Source of the DNA: Trichoplax adhaerens
Taxonomy: Eukaryota > Animalia > Placozoa
NCBI RefSeq assembly: GCF_000150275.1
Contig: NW_002060952.1
Coordinates: forward strand, 84,482 to 148,481
Reading direction: 5' to 3'
DNA length: 64,000 nucleotides
Positions 33,101 to 54,700 of the stretch are shown here, one piece after another (positions within the stretch are counted from its first letter, which is position 1; each line of letters starts with the position of its first letter). The notes under the pieces were generated by a model. That model was not told where the DNA came from. It saw nothing but the letters and a program-made list of their open reading frames with translations, and did no database searches. Both the position numbers and the translations under genes were made by a program.

Positions 33101-33903
33101 TATTTTTAGAATGCATTTTAATTACAGCCAATGACAGCGTTTGTTACAAAACGAGGCTAAACATTGGAATAAGCGAAGTTACTTAATAGTAGCACATATT
33201 ATAATGGGTTTAGAGATATCGGGAATGATAATTATTAATGACAGTAGTTAAAATCTTTCCCTCAATTGATTACTTAGTAAATTATGATGTTAGCGTTTAC
33301 AAATAATGGCGCGATATAATGTACTCCTTACAACACTTTCATACAGACATAATAATACAATAATGATTGTAACTTACGATCCCCGATAATTGAATCGTTC
33401 AGTTGCATGCTTATTAATAGGCTATTTTACATGATAATGCTCAAGATTAATCAAATGAGGTATACTTCAGACTACGTAACGCCTTGCATTGCTTGCTGTA
33501 CGAACATCAATCCAGCACTCGGATTTATAATTTTTTATAAGCATCCATTGCAACGAAGGAATGCAAAAGGGAACTAGTTTGAAGACCCTTAGGCGAAGTG
33601 GCGAAAATAATCACTTAAGACTATAATACGAGTTCATCCTATGTTGGTAGTAATAATATTTGCAAACTGATCGGTGACTAGTCTAGTTGAGTAGCAATTT
33701 TAAATCTTAATGAGAACAAATACATATGTGAAATTATATATCATCTTATAACCAAAGCGCAGCTTAACAAAAAATTTGAGCAGCCCTATTGCTGTTGCTG
33801 TTTTCGATGTTCCTCTGCGGCTTTTTCTAGTTGCGATAATAAGGAAAATTTCAATCAGGATGTTAGAACTGCGACAAAAGCTTAAATTAATAATTGGCAA
33901 TAT

Positions 33904-42074
<8,171 letters not shown>

Positions 42075-42472
42075 GGATTCCTTGGTAGATTGCGTCTATT
42101 TAATTTTCTCACTATCAAAAAATTCAATAGGTATCACTGTAATCGATGACTAAACTATATGCTGTTGGAACAGATTTGTCAATTAATTTGAAGGATTTAA
42201 AAGGTTCAATCTTTCCATCACGTCTGTCTGTGTGTGAGGGCGCGTCTGCGCTCCTTTTGGCCTTGCCCTAGTGTACGATATATACTGTCCTGTACTGCAC
42301 TTGTTGACCAGGTTACTTTCTTTCCGACATTTCCGTTTGGTGTACAGGAGTGTACTGATTGGATGACTATACTGTATTTATTTGGGGATTATTATTATCA
42401 TTATCATTATTACAGTATATTATTTTTTTTAATATGATTCAATCTATTAATAATTCTTCTTATTATTAGACT

Positions 42473-43085
42473 GCTAGTCTGCTACAGTGCTACCAATGTC
42501 TAGGTCTGCAACCGAACGGTGTCCTTTTTCGCCCCTTTCCTTTCTTCCTTACTGTCAGTATGGCCGTCTGTCCCATGTTGTTGCAGAAAGATTGAGGTTC
42601 AGGCTCAATGAGCTGCTATCAAGCCATAGAGTTATCTGTAGTACTGTGCTAGTTTGCTACAGTGCTGTAATGTCGAAGTCTGCAACCGAACGGTGTCCTT
42701 TTTTCAACACCTTTCCTTTCTTCCTTACTGTCAGTATGGATGTCTGTCCCATGCTGTTGCAGAAAGATGCAGCTGCCATCAAGCCATAGCGTTATTTACG
42801 AGTTAGTACTGTGCTAGTAATGTCTAGGTCTGCAACCGAACGGTGTCCTTTTTCAACACCTTTCCTTTCTTCCTTACTGTCAGTATGGACGTCTGTCCCA
42901 TGCTGTTGCAGAAAGATGCAGCTGCCATCAAGCCACAGCGTTATCTACGAGTTAGTACTGTGCTAGCTTGCTACAGTGCTAGTAATGTCTAGGTCTGCAA
43001 CCGAACGGTGTCCTTTTTTCTTCCTTAGTATCAGTATGGATGTCTGTCCCATGCTGTTGCTGAAAGATGGAGCTGACATTAAGTC
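42473..43085. repeat. Tandem array of four ~150-175 bp units upstream of ERK
   Basis: AATGTCTAGGTCTGCAACCGAACGGTGTCCTTTT...CTTCCTTACTGTCAGTATGG...TCTGTCCCATGCTGTTGCAGAAAGAT occurs at ~42495, 42669, 42819 and 42984. Confidence 0.95.
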
Positions 43086-44800
43086 ATGCTGTACAGTACT
43101 CTTTAAATAATCGCATGAAATTTGAGGTACAGACTCTTAGAATAATGTATCATCGTTTAAGCTATTTACGCTGAGTATCAGAGTAATCGCAGCTGGGCCT
43201 ACTGTACAGTTATCTGTAGTACTGTGCTGTACACAGTGTACAGTACACTACAATTCCTACAGTGTGCGTACAATGTATTGTAATACTGGAGATCGTCTGC
43301 CAATTTATCGTCGTAACTGCTTACCTATCTTACATGGAGAACTTCAAATTTGTTCAACTGGCCGTCTTAAAAATAGGAACGGACACTTTTAACCGAAGTA
43401 AATTTTATCTTATTTGGATATTTCTTAGTTTCAAGGGTGAGGGCAAACATCTGATACCTCGCCCATGCAAATGGTTAATTTGCGATACACCCTAGACTGT
43501 ACAAGTCGTACAGTAGCTACAGAGGATGACAGTTTGCTATCGGTTTGAAACCTTTCACGATTTCAATACTGAAAGATGGAGTGAGAAATTTTCAAGTGTT
43601 CGCTGACAGAAATAACACAGTTCATAAATGGTAATGATTTGGATTTTATAGTTTATTTTGGGCTTCAAACTACAGTACTGTACTCGGTCGGGTGTCGGTG
43701 ATCAGAAAATGCCAAATTAATTCATTGAACGCCCCAGCTGGATAGTTCAAACTTCTATACTGTAGTGTACAGTACTGTACTGTGCTGTACACTAGTACAA
43801 TCCTGCAATACAGACAGACAGAGATGCAGTCAGTGTCTCTTTTGAAGTCTTCTTTTATTATACTGTAAAGTGTGGCCTGTGGGTGTTGTCGCCTTGTCGA
43901 CAATTTGTATCCATGTGATCGCAGATCGTTCCATTCGAGGATACAATTTTTGGATCAACTTTTACCAATCCCAAAAACATGCTTTTAGCATGTATGGATA
44001 GCTCTTGACTTTGAGTATCTATATCCCTGATTCAACTTTGCTTTTCTACCTAGCTATAATACTAAACCTAATTTTCCATCAGGATCAAGATTCATCAATA
44101 TTAGTCGGCAACTTTCTATAATCAAGACCTTGATATAAACCTACTGTATGCGTATACCGTACAGTACTGTACACTGTACAGTATGGATTATACAGTACAG
44201 TCGTAGTTTCCATCGTCCAGGTCCAGGACGGCACATGTTTCAACTGCAAATATTGCAACTTGGCAAAGAATCGAACTACTATTGTAATTACTGATTACAT
44301 ATACAGTATAGCCTATAATTATTATAATAATGAAAGAATTAATTCGGGTAGATTACGATTGCAGGTGCCGCACTTATAAGAGCTATCGTTTCCTTAATCA
44401 ATCCAGTGATTAGGAACAAAAGTGTCAGCTTGACGCTGTAGTTGTACTTTTGAACACTACCGTCGTACCGTAGCAGCTTGCTAAATAGCAGATGCGCCAT
44501 CTACAGTATACAGTACAGTATACATGTACAGTACATGGTACTGTAGCGTAGCACTGTATTGTACAGTACAGTATAGTCCAGTCCTTACTGTACAGTACAG
44601 TTCAGTACATGGCCAGACGAAAACGTCATTACAAAAGAGGATCATTATGAAAGTTTTTCCCGTCACTCAGTAGCCAATTCCGGGCAAATAAATATTTATT
44701 ACGTGGTTTAGTATCGAAACGAGAATGGGCCAAAAAGATGTTTCTATCCTAAAAGGGTACTTGTTACTTAGTAGCTAGGAGTGCAATATCGTTTACTGCA

Positions 44801-45058
44801 CTGAGTGTACTTTAGTATTGCGCTCTTATGCATTTATTTTGGTCGATTTTGCACTCTGATCGTCAAGCACCAGTCACTGCACAAAGAGGCCTGAACAATC
44901 AATAAATAAGTTTATTTACTAGACTGTGGTCTCTAAACTGAGTGTACTTTAGTATTGAGCTCTTATGCATTTATTTTGGTCGGTTTTGCACTCTGATCGT
45001 CAAGCACCAGTCACTGCACAAAGAGGCCAGAACAATCAATAAATAAGTTTATTTACTG
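44801..45058. repeat. Near-perfect tandem duplication with 137-bp period
   Basis: CTGAGTGTACTTTAGTATTG...GAACAATCAATAAATAAGTTTATTTACT starts at 44801 and 44938, with about 3 mismatches. Confidence 0.95.
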
Positions 45059-46432
45059 GAAAATGGATCGAACTTTTTTTCTCCAATCAATCAATAACAG
45101 TTTTTAGAACTGCCCTATACTGTACATTGTACAATACTGTGCTGTACTGGACTGTACGTAGACGGTAAATAAATAATAATAATACAGTACAACGCTGTAC
45201 TGTATTGTAGTCTCAATAGCTCGTTGTCGTTGACAAATCTGTTAGTAGTATTTATTATTATTTACCTCCTGCATATTGCATTTTTTGTGTGTGATACCTG
45301 TACATTGTGCAGTACAGGCCACACGGGGGTTATACAAGTATCATAAACCTACAGCACTTTTGCACAGACAACCTTGGCCTCTTCATTCATAAATAAATAA
45401 ATGATAAAAAAATTCTACAGTACAGTATGGAACATTATACTGTAGGTCGTCAATAACGTAATGACTATCGGCTGAATGTACAGTGTATGCGTGAAGTACT
45501 ACAGTATATCTACAGTATGTCATATACTGTACATCTATACCATATATCTACAGTATATATGTTATAAAATATATATATAGTATTTAACATTACACCTGGA
45601 CAGAAGTTATTATTATTGCCTTTCACCTAACGACGCATTGATAAAACATTGGCATGTTGCTAATTATATTAGGCGAAAGGACTATAAAGCATCTGCGAAA
45701 TAATTAATTTTTTTTGTCTTATCCTTCTCCGCACTGTGTACACGTCTTTACAGCGCTTCCCAAAGATTTTCTTTTTTTTATTCTCGATATTGGCTAATAT
45801 TGTTGCCACCAAGTCGTAGACGATAGCATTCCAATCCAACGAGACTGCAGCGAATGTTTATCGCTCTTGCTGCATTCGTCTTAATTGAAACAAATTCATT
45901 TAGATTTATTGCATTGTTTCCAAATCTCTTTTGACGTCACCTATTCGATGCTGTCTCGCCTGCTGGGCTAAAATTTTCAACATTGATCCCTTGTAATCGA
46001 TCAATCGTGGTTCTCTGGTACTTAACTTCCATAGTGGCTCTTATCCTTGTTCTATATTGAAAGAGTTCTTTCCCTTCTTCCATGTTATTATTATATCGTC
46101 GCTTTCCCGATCGGGTATATTGGCTTGTTTATTATTGCGTAACGGATTAATCGATACAAGACCGAAGTGATTCAAGACTGCCATCCAAATTTTTCTTCAT
46201 CTCTTGGTAAGTTCATTCATCTGTGATCCCGATAATAAATTGTCTCTACCATTGATCATGATTGCTCTATACGATAAATCACATTGGTACGGTTGTAATA
46301 TACTCAATTTTGCTTCTCTTTTAACAGGGGGACTGACGAGTATTCGCTGTAGCGACGTAATCTCTACTGACCATAGTTTCGTGCGACGATTGCAAAAGAA
46401 GAAGAATTTTAACCAAAGTACTGTCAACCACT

Positions 46433-49357
46433 ATGAAGACCTTTCAGACATATCTCAATTCTTTATGTAATGGTACATATAGTTGTATTCGCTGCCGGGC
46501 TCACTTAGCGGATCATAGCGAATTGATCTCCAAGGTAATTATTTAATTTACATGTACACTGTACAGCATATCTCATACATGGATAGGCCAACAGAATTGA
46601 ACCGGGTAGCTTTTTTTCTCGTAAACGTAACATTTGAAGCGACGTCGTTCCAAGTATGAATGCACTCGTACTATGGTATAAGTTTTATATGCGCTAAAGG
46701 ATGGTACATATCGATGTACTAATTGCCATCGAATTTAGCTTCTGTATACTTTCGGTAGTTCATCATTCGTAACCATTGTTAATGTTTTCTCTGCAAATCT
46801 TGTACAGTACGTTAGTAAGTTCCAGCAGTCGATTGCTGTACCAAGGAAAACTACTCCTGTAAACATTAGTACCGTATTGCCTGCAAGTTCAATTCATATC
46901 ATTTCTATATGATACTGTACTGTAGCCTAGCCATTTTTTAATATACAGATGCTATAGGTGCGAGTTCGTACTTCATTCTTGGACTGATTGAATCGATTCT
47001 TCACGCAGTCAAGTACGACTACTTCACCAAGACGATACTGTTAGAATTGGTCATATAAAAAATAGTAAAAGTAATCTCAACTTCTCTAGACACAGATAAA
47101 CTGCAAAGCTACAATTTGTAGACGTAGACAGCCCTTGGGCAAATGACAGCAAGAAGTTTAAACGCATAAACTAATTGATTTTCTTTCATCTTTATGATCT
47201 TCCTGGTAATTCTATTCTCAGTCGTTTCAAGGTAGCCGAGGACGTGCATACTTATTTAATTCAGTGTAAGTAAAATGAGTGATAATAGAACTAGTATTTT
47301 GAATGTTGAACGGTTTATATCGTAAAATCCAACTCTAAAGTGTTTAGAATGGCTAGCTGATGAAGTAGTACTGATAAATGCTGTGAAATTATAATTTCTT
47401 AATCCGCATTACACGATAATCATGCTATGCTGTATGTTGTACACGTAAGAAAAAAAGTTCATTTATTATTATCGACATCTTCCTTTTGTTATTGTTTTAT
47501 TTTTTTTGTGTGCATTTGTTGACTTTTTGTTATTGGTATACAGATGTTCTGACAGACAGACATTGTACTCCTCTACTTGACTGCTCAGTATGCTATAGTA
47601 CTCACTACTCATAACAGTAGACTATTGGACGAGAAAGAGAAAATATTTTCTTCACATAAATATGGAGATAATATGGACAGTAATAATATTGAAATTATCT
47701 CTCTCTGACTTGTATTCTAAAAAAGCAGCGCTAACTCGGAGTACACTTCAGGGCAATATTTGAAGTCTACTTCTTGGTACCGTGTTGACCACCTCATTAC
47801 AACAGTGTTCCATCTTGATAGTAGTGCACTGCAGAAAATCAGAAATGGAACTATTTATTTTCGTCATTTTCACCATTCATTAATTAATGAATTCCATTTA
47901 TTATCATCTCAGTATAATAAAAACGAGGAAGCTAAAAAAGAACTTGCTTCTGGAGTATACAGTACTGTAGTACCATATTATTAATGATAATACGGAAATT
48001 TTAAAATGTTGTAGCAAATTGCCGATAAATTATTTCAGTTTAAAATTACCGGTTTAACAGATCGTATGATCCGCAAACGTGAATTAATTCACACTAGAAT
48101 CATTCCTGTCTTTTCGTAAGAAGTTGTAGCAAATTGCCGATAAATTATTTCAGTTTAAAATTACCGGTTTAACAGATCGTATGATCCGCGAACGTGAATT
48201 AATTCACACTAGAATCATTCCTGTCTTTTCGTAAGAAATTGTAGCAAATTGCCGATAAATTATTTCAGTTTAAAATTACCTGTTTAACAGATCGTATGAT
48301 CCGCAAACGTAAATTAATTCACACTAAAATCATTTCTATCTTTTCGTAAGAAGTTATATAAGAAAATTTCGTGTCCTGCTCGACGTACAGTACTACGAAT
48401 CACATCGACTAAAAAGTGCCCCACTTTAATATTACTGTACTACAGTATTATTTCATAACTATACTGTACAGTATACCACCCGATACAGTATTATACAGTA
48501 TTGCATGGAGTATGCAAAAGATTCGTCACCCTTTCATGTCGTCCCTAATAATATCGCAGTAACAGTATTAAGGAGGATGATTCCGTAGAAGAACTATACT
48601 TTGCAGCTGCTTATACTATATTTGCTGCTGCAGTTTTACGATATAATAACTGTACCTCAGGACATTTCGCTTTTGGCTTTACTGTATTACCTATTTCTAT
48701 TATTCAACTACTCGAATGCTAGAATATATTACAATAATAATTAATTAATATAATCTATAGTATATCGTATAATATGAAGCTAAGTTTCAATTTACGAACT
48801 GCAATACTTGTTTAATTCTCGTATCTATAGTGTAAACATTAGCTGCGGTCCTGCGGAACAACGTTACTTATTGACTGGATTACATGTCGTCTGTGATATT
48901 TTTTGCGAATGCTGTAAAGCCCCACTTGGTTGGAAATACGTAAGTATTGACTTGTTTGAAGAAAATTATTCATGAATTATAAGAATATAATTAATAAAGA
49001 GGCAATACTGTAATCTGATGATGACCGTATGGTCAATCAGAACTGATTACAGCTGTAGTATTATTCTGTACTATAATGATTGCCATCATGTTACAATTAG
49101 ACCTACTGCTGTTTTACTCAAGTAAACATGTAGTGATGTATTACGCAAGCATTTATTCTGACAGTACCAAATGCCTAGCGAATACAACAGATTGAATAAT
49201 ATATTTCTCGTGTGTATACCCACAGGAAGAAGCTTGTGAATCAAGTCAAAAATACAAAGAAGGCAAATACATAATTGAACTAGCCCATATGATTAAAGAA
49301 AATAATTGGATTAATAATCAAGTATCCGATCGTCCCTTTAAAGCTGAAGTAAATTGA
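46433..49357 (+). CDS. YPEL: Yippee-like zinc-binding protein (YPEL1-4 type)
   Basis: Exons 46433-46534 (MKTFQTYL...[19 protein letters not shown]), 47222-47265 ([15 protein letters not shown]), 48831-48939 ([24 protein letters not shown]) and 49226-49357 ([22 protein letters not shown]...*). A 5'-UTR intron is likely at 46207-46327. Confidence 0.96.
48008..48355. repeat. Three tandem 115-bp copies in a YPEL intron
   Basis: GTTGTAGCAAATTGCCGATAAATTATTTCAG...CTTTTCGTAAGAA starts at 48008, 48123 and 48238. The first two copies contain the palindrome GTGAATTAATTCAC; the third has one mismatch. Confidence 0.95.
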
Positions 49358-51716
49358 AATTAGTTAGCTTTAAAATGTTTGAGAAAGCGCCAAATTGAAT
49401 CAATGCTTTTCCCTTTGAAAGCATGTAAATATTATTTCACTAGGGATAGGCTCTTAAGATATTCGTTATCTTATAAGCTAAATTCTTTTCAACGATGGCT
49501 TATTCCGTAGAGACCTATCCTAACTCTACGGCTACAATTGTCATCCTTGTTAAGTCATGTATCAGCCAATTGGCTTACGTCCATCACTTGACTTGTTACA
49601 GTTTTAAAAATAATAATCTATGATTGTCATGATTATGAATCAAAACTATAATTGATATTATGTAAAAAGGCCGCATAGCCTGGCCCATAAGGCAGTATCT
49701 TATGCAAGTACACAAATCATACTGTAATATATCCGATAAATTTTAGAATCTATATTGTTATTAGTCAACCACTTAAAATGTTCTATTTAAAAATGTTGGC
49801 GATTCGGTTATTAGCATTTAAGATAGTTTTAAAATGTTCAATTATTTAATATATTGGAAAGGTATGTTCTCCCATTTCTGTATTTAAGGTAACTGTTAAG
49901 TAAATTATTCTATTGTAACTCCTTTATCGTAACGATAATGCGCCATATTATACATCGAATTAGAAGACTTTCGTTCAAGCAAACACGAAACTAATATTTT
50001 CGAATACATAATATTTTAAACTATAATTGCTATCCTATAAAGTTGTCGCCACCGAACTAAGCCATACGTGAAACCGGTGTTGTTAGCGTCAAAGAGCAAG
50101 TTAATGATTGAATGACTCAACCTGCATTTTACTGAAGCACGATATGGGCATTTTCTTTGTACCGTCGTTGTGATGGTTTCGTAACCGCATCATCATCAAG
50201 GCACTTCTATCAGTGATCACACTTATTGTATATTACATTAAGTACTCACGCCTTGTCATCACTAATAAATACCTACCTGTTTAATCTCAACCATGATACG
50301 TGCCATTCATTTGAAAGATTTGCAGTATACTATAGTTTAACATCCAACCGCTATGATTGATTTTAAAAGGCATTTCTTACGTACACTCACAGATTTGGAC
50401 GTATAACTGTATCCGAAATTTTTAAAGCCTCGTCAAGATTCTCAGGCTTTATTTTTTGTAGCCGAATTACAATACTAATCGTCTTAGCTGTCTTTACTTC
50501 AGTCGTAGAATAGAGTCATAAAATAAGTTATTATGTCATTATAACCTAAAAAATTATGAATTATAACAATTTTTGGATTCTTGTAATTTTGTGAGTTATT
50601 TCAAATAATTCATTATTTCATTTCTATTCAATTGTAAATTTCACATCTGTAGTATTAAAGTTTAATATTGTTTAATCTCTTAATAAATACAGTATAAACT
50701 ATTATAAATGTGTATTTTAATTACAAAAGGCTGCTGTATAGTAAAAGGTCTGTGAAAAGGCTATGTCTCACTCCAAAATCCGATTCAAAATTTTTCTCCT
50801 CCAAAACTGGTCCGACTTCGAACGACAAATATTCGAATAGTCCGAATATCCGACTTGTGTAGTTATGGTTAAGAAAAATTTCTCGTCTATGTCTCGTATC
50901 GTAACAGAAATTTCGTTCGAAATAATCTTTCAAGTGTCATATCATGTCCTCTCCCTACCAAAGTTTTATATGAGTACCGTACATCATACTACAAAGTAGA
51001 TACGAAAATAAGGGTAATGATTGCTAAAGTCTGTTGATAAAGAAACCACTATCATAAACTGCTTATTAAAATAACTGTTCTAGTAATGGTATTTCAATTA
51101 TTTTCTTACAAACATTCGTATACTGGAGCTAATTATAAAAGTATGAAAATGGTGCTTTTCATGAAGATATGTAAGAACGCTAGACTTCAAATTACAAACG
51201 CGGCAGAGAACATTTGATATATTGTAATTTTTATTGACTGCCTCTTTGGAAGAAGAGAAGAATTCATTACATAGTTATATACTCTGTGGTAGTGCTACCT
51301 GGCGTATAGTTACAGTTCGATATACTGCATGATAAGATATTTAAACAACAGCTTCTTGCGTATTTTACATTAACGAAATACGAGCATCCTCATTGTCTAA
51401 CTTGTATCTCTATAATTATAATTGAAAATTTTGACTCTACTGCTACAACACTCAAAAAAAAAGACTACACAGAAATATTAAATGTTAAAATAACAAAGTC
51501 TTAACACGTGTACAGTAATTAGATAGGTAATATAGTATAAAAAATTTACTGCAACAAATACGTTACAGGTTAAATACTTCCGGACTATTGTTTTGGTAAT
51601 GATTACAGTACTCAATCTTAGCCCAGCGATAAACACAGCATGTACGCAAACATAAATATATATATATATACGGAAAATATAATTATACATTAGGACGTAT
51701 AGTGCATAGTAACCTG

Positions 51717-54700
51717 TCACCAGTGACTAAAATCGTTAAAATTATTAGCGGCTTTATACTTTTTTATCCCAGAGGCTGTAGGTAACGAATGTGAAGACGT
51801 AGTTGAGCTTGAATAAATATGATTATATAATGCAAACTTAGTCTGTACGAAAGTAAACTTAATTATGGTTAATGCACTTTACAAGTAATTGCACATTTTG
51901 CAATCATATAAACTTCGTAGAATGTTCTAATATATTAGTCAATAAAATGAGAATTACCTCTGATCATCTGCAGCAATATATTTACCGATTCCTGTACGAA
52001 GAGCCTTCTTTGGTTGTTGTAAACTTGTTGAGATTACGTCAGCTTTCTGATTTCAATTAAGTTTAACATGTATTAAAATGACCCTTTCGTAAAATCCGAT
52101 AAATTAGATTGTAACATCTTCACAAAGATTATTACCCTCTTATCTGCTGGTTTTGTATCTTTTAAGGACTGTTTTTCCTGCTCGATCTATAAATACGTAT
52201 AACTTGATGCTATAGAAAAGATTTACTTTAATAATACATAAATACCGTACAACTTACAGCAGCATCAACTTCTTCAAATGGATCGACAAAAACGGTAGCT
52301 TGTATCAATTTAATTTCATCCTAAAGGGCAATTAAAAGGCAATATTTCAGCTAACTTAAATTTTTCAATGGTAAGAAGTAAAGACATTAACTATCAAAGA
52401 TTCCTTACTTTCGGACGATCATTCTTATCGGTTTCTATTCGTTCAACAACATTAAGAACATCCATACCACCTACAAGCCTTCAAAGAAAGTTAAAGGTAG
52501 CCAAATAATCAATTATATACGATATTGAAACTCAAAAAAATTTGGCAAAGTATCATTAATACTAACTTTCCGAAGACAGTATGTTTATTATCAAGGTGGC
52601 GGCATGATCGAAATGTTATAAAACTATACAAAAGCAAACAGACAATATGATACGAAATCATCTTATTTTCATAGCCATACTGGTTAAAACAATCTTATAA
52701 TTCTCAATATTTTCAGATTGTGAGTTACAAAAGCAGTTTAAATCCTTACAATTGTGATTTATTAGTATTAGTGCCAGAATTTGCCATGCTAAGAACTCCT
52801 CGACCTGTTATAATAGCATTCCTATATAAGTGACAATTATATCGTATAATCTGTAAGGTCTAAAGAGCAGTAAGTACAACCTTGATGAACAAGATTAGAT
52901 TTAAATTCGTCTTTAAACGGCCTTCCAAAAGCAGATTCTCCACCTATAATATTAACACGTACATTTATTAATTGCTGAATAATAAAATTAATGTAAACCA
53001 TAGACGAAACTGTTACTAAGTACAAGATTAGATACTGTCGTACCTTTGCCGGTCCCAGTCGGATCACCGCCTTGAAACATAAAATTGCGTATAAGGCGAT
53101 GGAAGACTGTGTATAGTAGCGGAATATAATGAAGAATAGGCAAAAAATGTTAGTAATTTGAATTTAAACAACAAATTACTGACTAAATTAGTAAATATAT
53201 ATTTATATTTGCGGTATCAGTAATATTAGAGTAAGCATGTGGTCTTTTCTTACTAGTATCATTATAGTATCTAGATTTGCACAATTTTATAAAATTTTCA
53301 CAGGCTCGTGGTACCTTGATAATGATCACGAAAAGTAAAATACATTTACAATATTAGACACTTCCTATAAGTTTTTAATTAGTTCTATTAATCCAAGCGA
53401 TTACAAAGAGTCTAAGCTCTTGCTTGAAGTTACTGCTATAATCGCGGCTAGCGTTCGATGTAATTCCTATATTTACAAGCCTTACCAGATCACAATGGAG
53501 TTCTAAATTAAGATTTCCAAAATTTGTCTGCAAACGAACGTATCCTATGTTACAAAGAAGACAGTTATAGTTACCATTGCTAGAAACAATCTAGGTAAAG
53601 TGAATAAATTGAGCAACATTACCTTTAGATTTCACCTTTTGATATCTTACTATTTCATCGCTGATTATGGCTGGAAACGTTTAAGTACATCATTGATAAG
53701 CGAGTTTTACATTTCACTTTAAATTGACTGACATGCAAAACCTGACCACTAGTTAGATGTGACCAATACATCAAAAATAAATTAACTCTTAAGTTATACA
53801 TACCGGCCTTTTGCTTTGTTTCAGGGACCACTGCCGTAGAAGTAAATGAAGCTGCCATTGCATTAGTAGAGTAATGTGCCTACAGATTAATTTACATTCA
53901 ATTTATTCCAATTTATAGCGAAATAGTTTTATCACGGTAGATAACCCATAATATGAAATAGACACAAGTCTATAGACCGTTTGCTTTGTGCTCAAGTCTT
54001 CTTCCTTATCTTTCTGTAGAAGTTTATTCACGTCATCCTGTAGTATTAATACAAAATCTCTGTAGGTTCACTATTTTCATAAACATTTATTCATATTGGA
54101 TGCAGAAAAGTTTAAAATATAACTTCATATTATACCAACCGTTTCATTCTTTTTTACGGTTAACTGGGAAAGAATGTCCTCTGTTTCAGGATTGCAGTAG
54201 TTCAGGTAGTATTTTGGATCTTCTTTCGCTTTAATCCTCTCTAAGTTATACAGTTTATTATAAAATTGATTTTAAAAGTTAATGATATGTATGTATGCTA
54301 CTATAAAGTAATTTGCAGACCATCCAAATAGAATAATTAACTAAAAATATTATTCTTTGGTGGGCTTGATTGAATTGACTCCTCTACCTTCGTCGACTAA
54401 TTTCAGGTTATTCTTAATATAGTGAAAGTCTGATATATTAAACTTGTCCAATTTAGTTGGGTCCTTAAAAGAATAGCGTAATAAATTCACAAGTATTATT
54501 AATCGATATTTATCAAGTTCAAGTAATGAATTTAAGAGAGGTTAAAATATAGGACTCAGACCTGTATAGTGATGACATCGCCTCTTTTAAATGGTTCATC
54601 ATTAATTAAGTCTCTAAAGTGCTTTGGTTTAAAATTTAAGCGTTCAACGGCCTAGGAATTGATAATATTGTAGAAGGATAAATAAATATCCACAATTACA

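Noticed and set aside
30200-33900. Possible hidden gene in the 3.7-kb gap downstream of ERK
   Set aside because: No coherent exon chain or recognisable peptide on either strand. Consistent with ERK 3' UTR plus the orphan gene's upstream region.
46204-46470. Upstream ORF or non-AUG N-terminal extension of YPEL
   Set aside because: The listed ORF starts at TTG, spans a probable UTR intron and is out of frame with YPEL. The YPEL frame has an in-frame TAA about 25 codons upstream of the ATG.
50721-50933. 70-aa minus-strand ORF between YPEL and PPIL2
   Set aside because: TTG start, no recognisable motif or exon partners; more likely UTR or repeat-derived.
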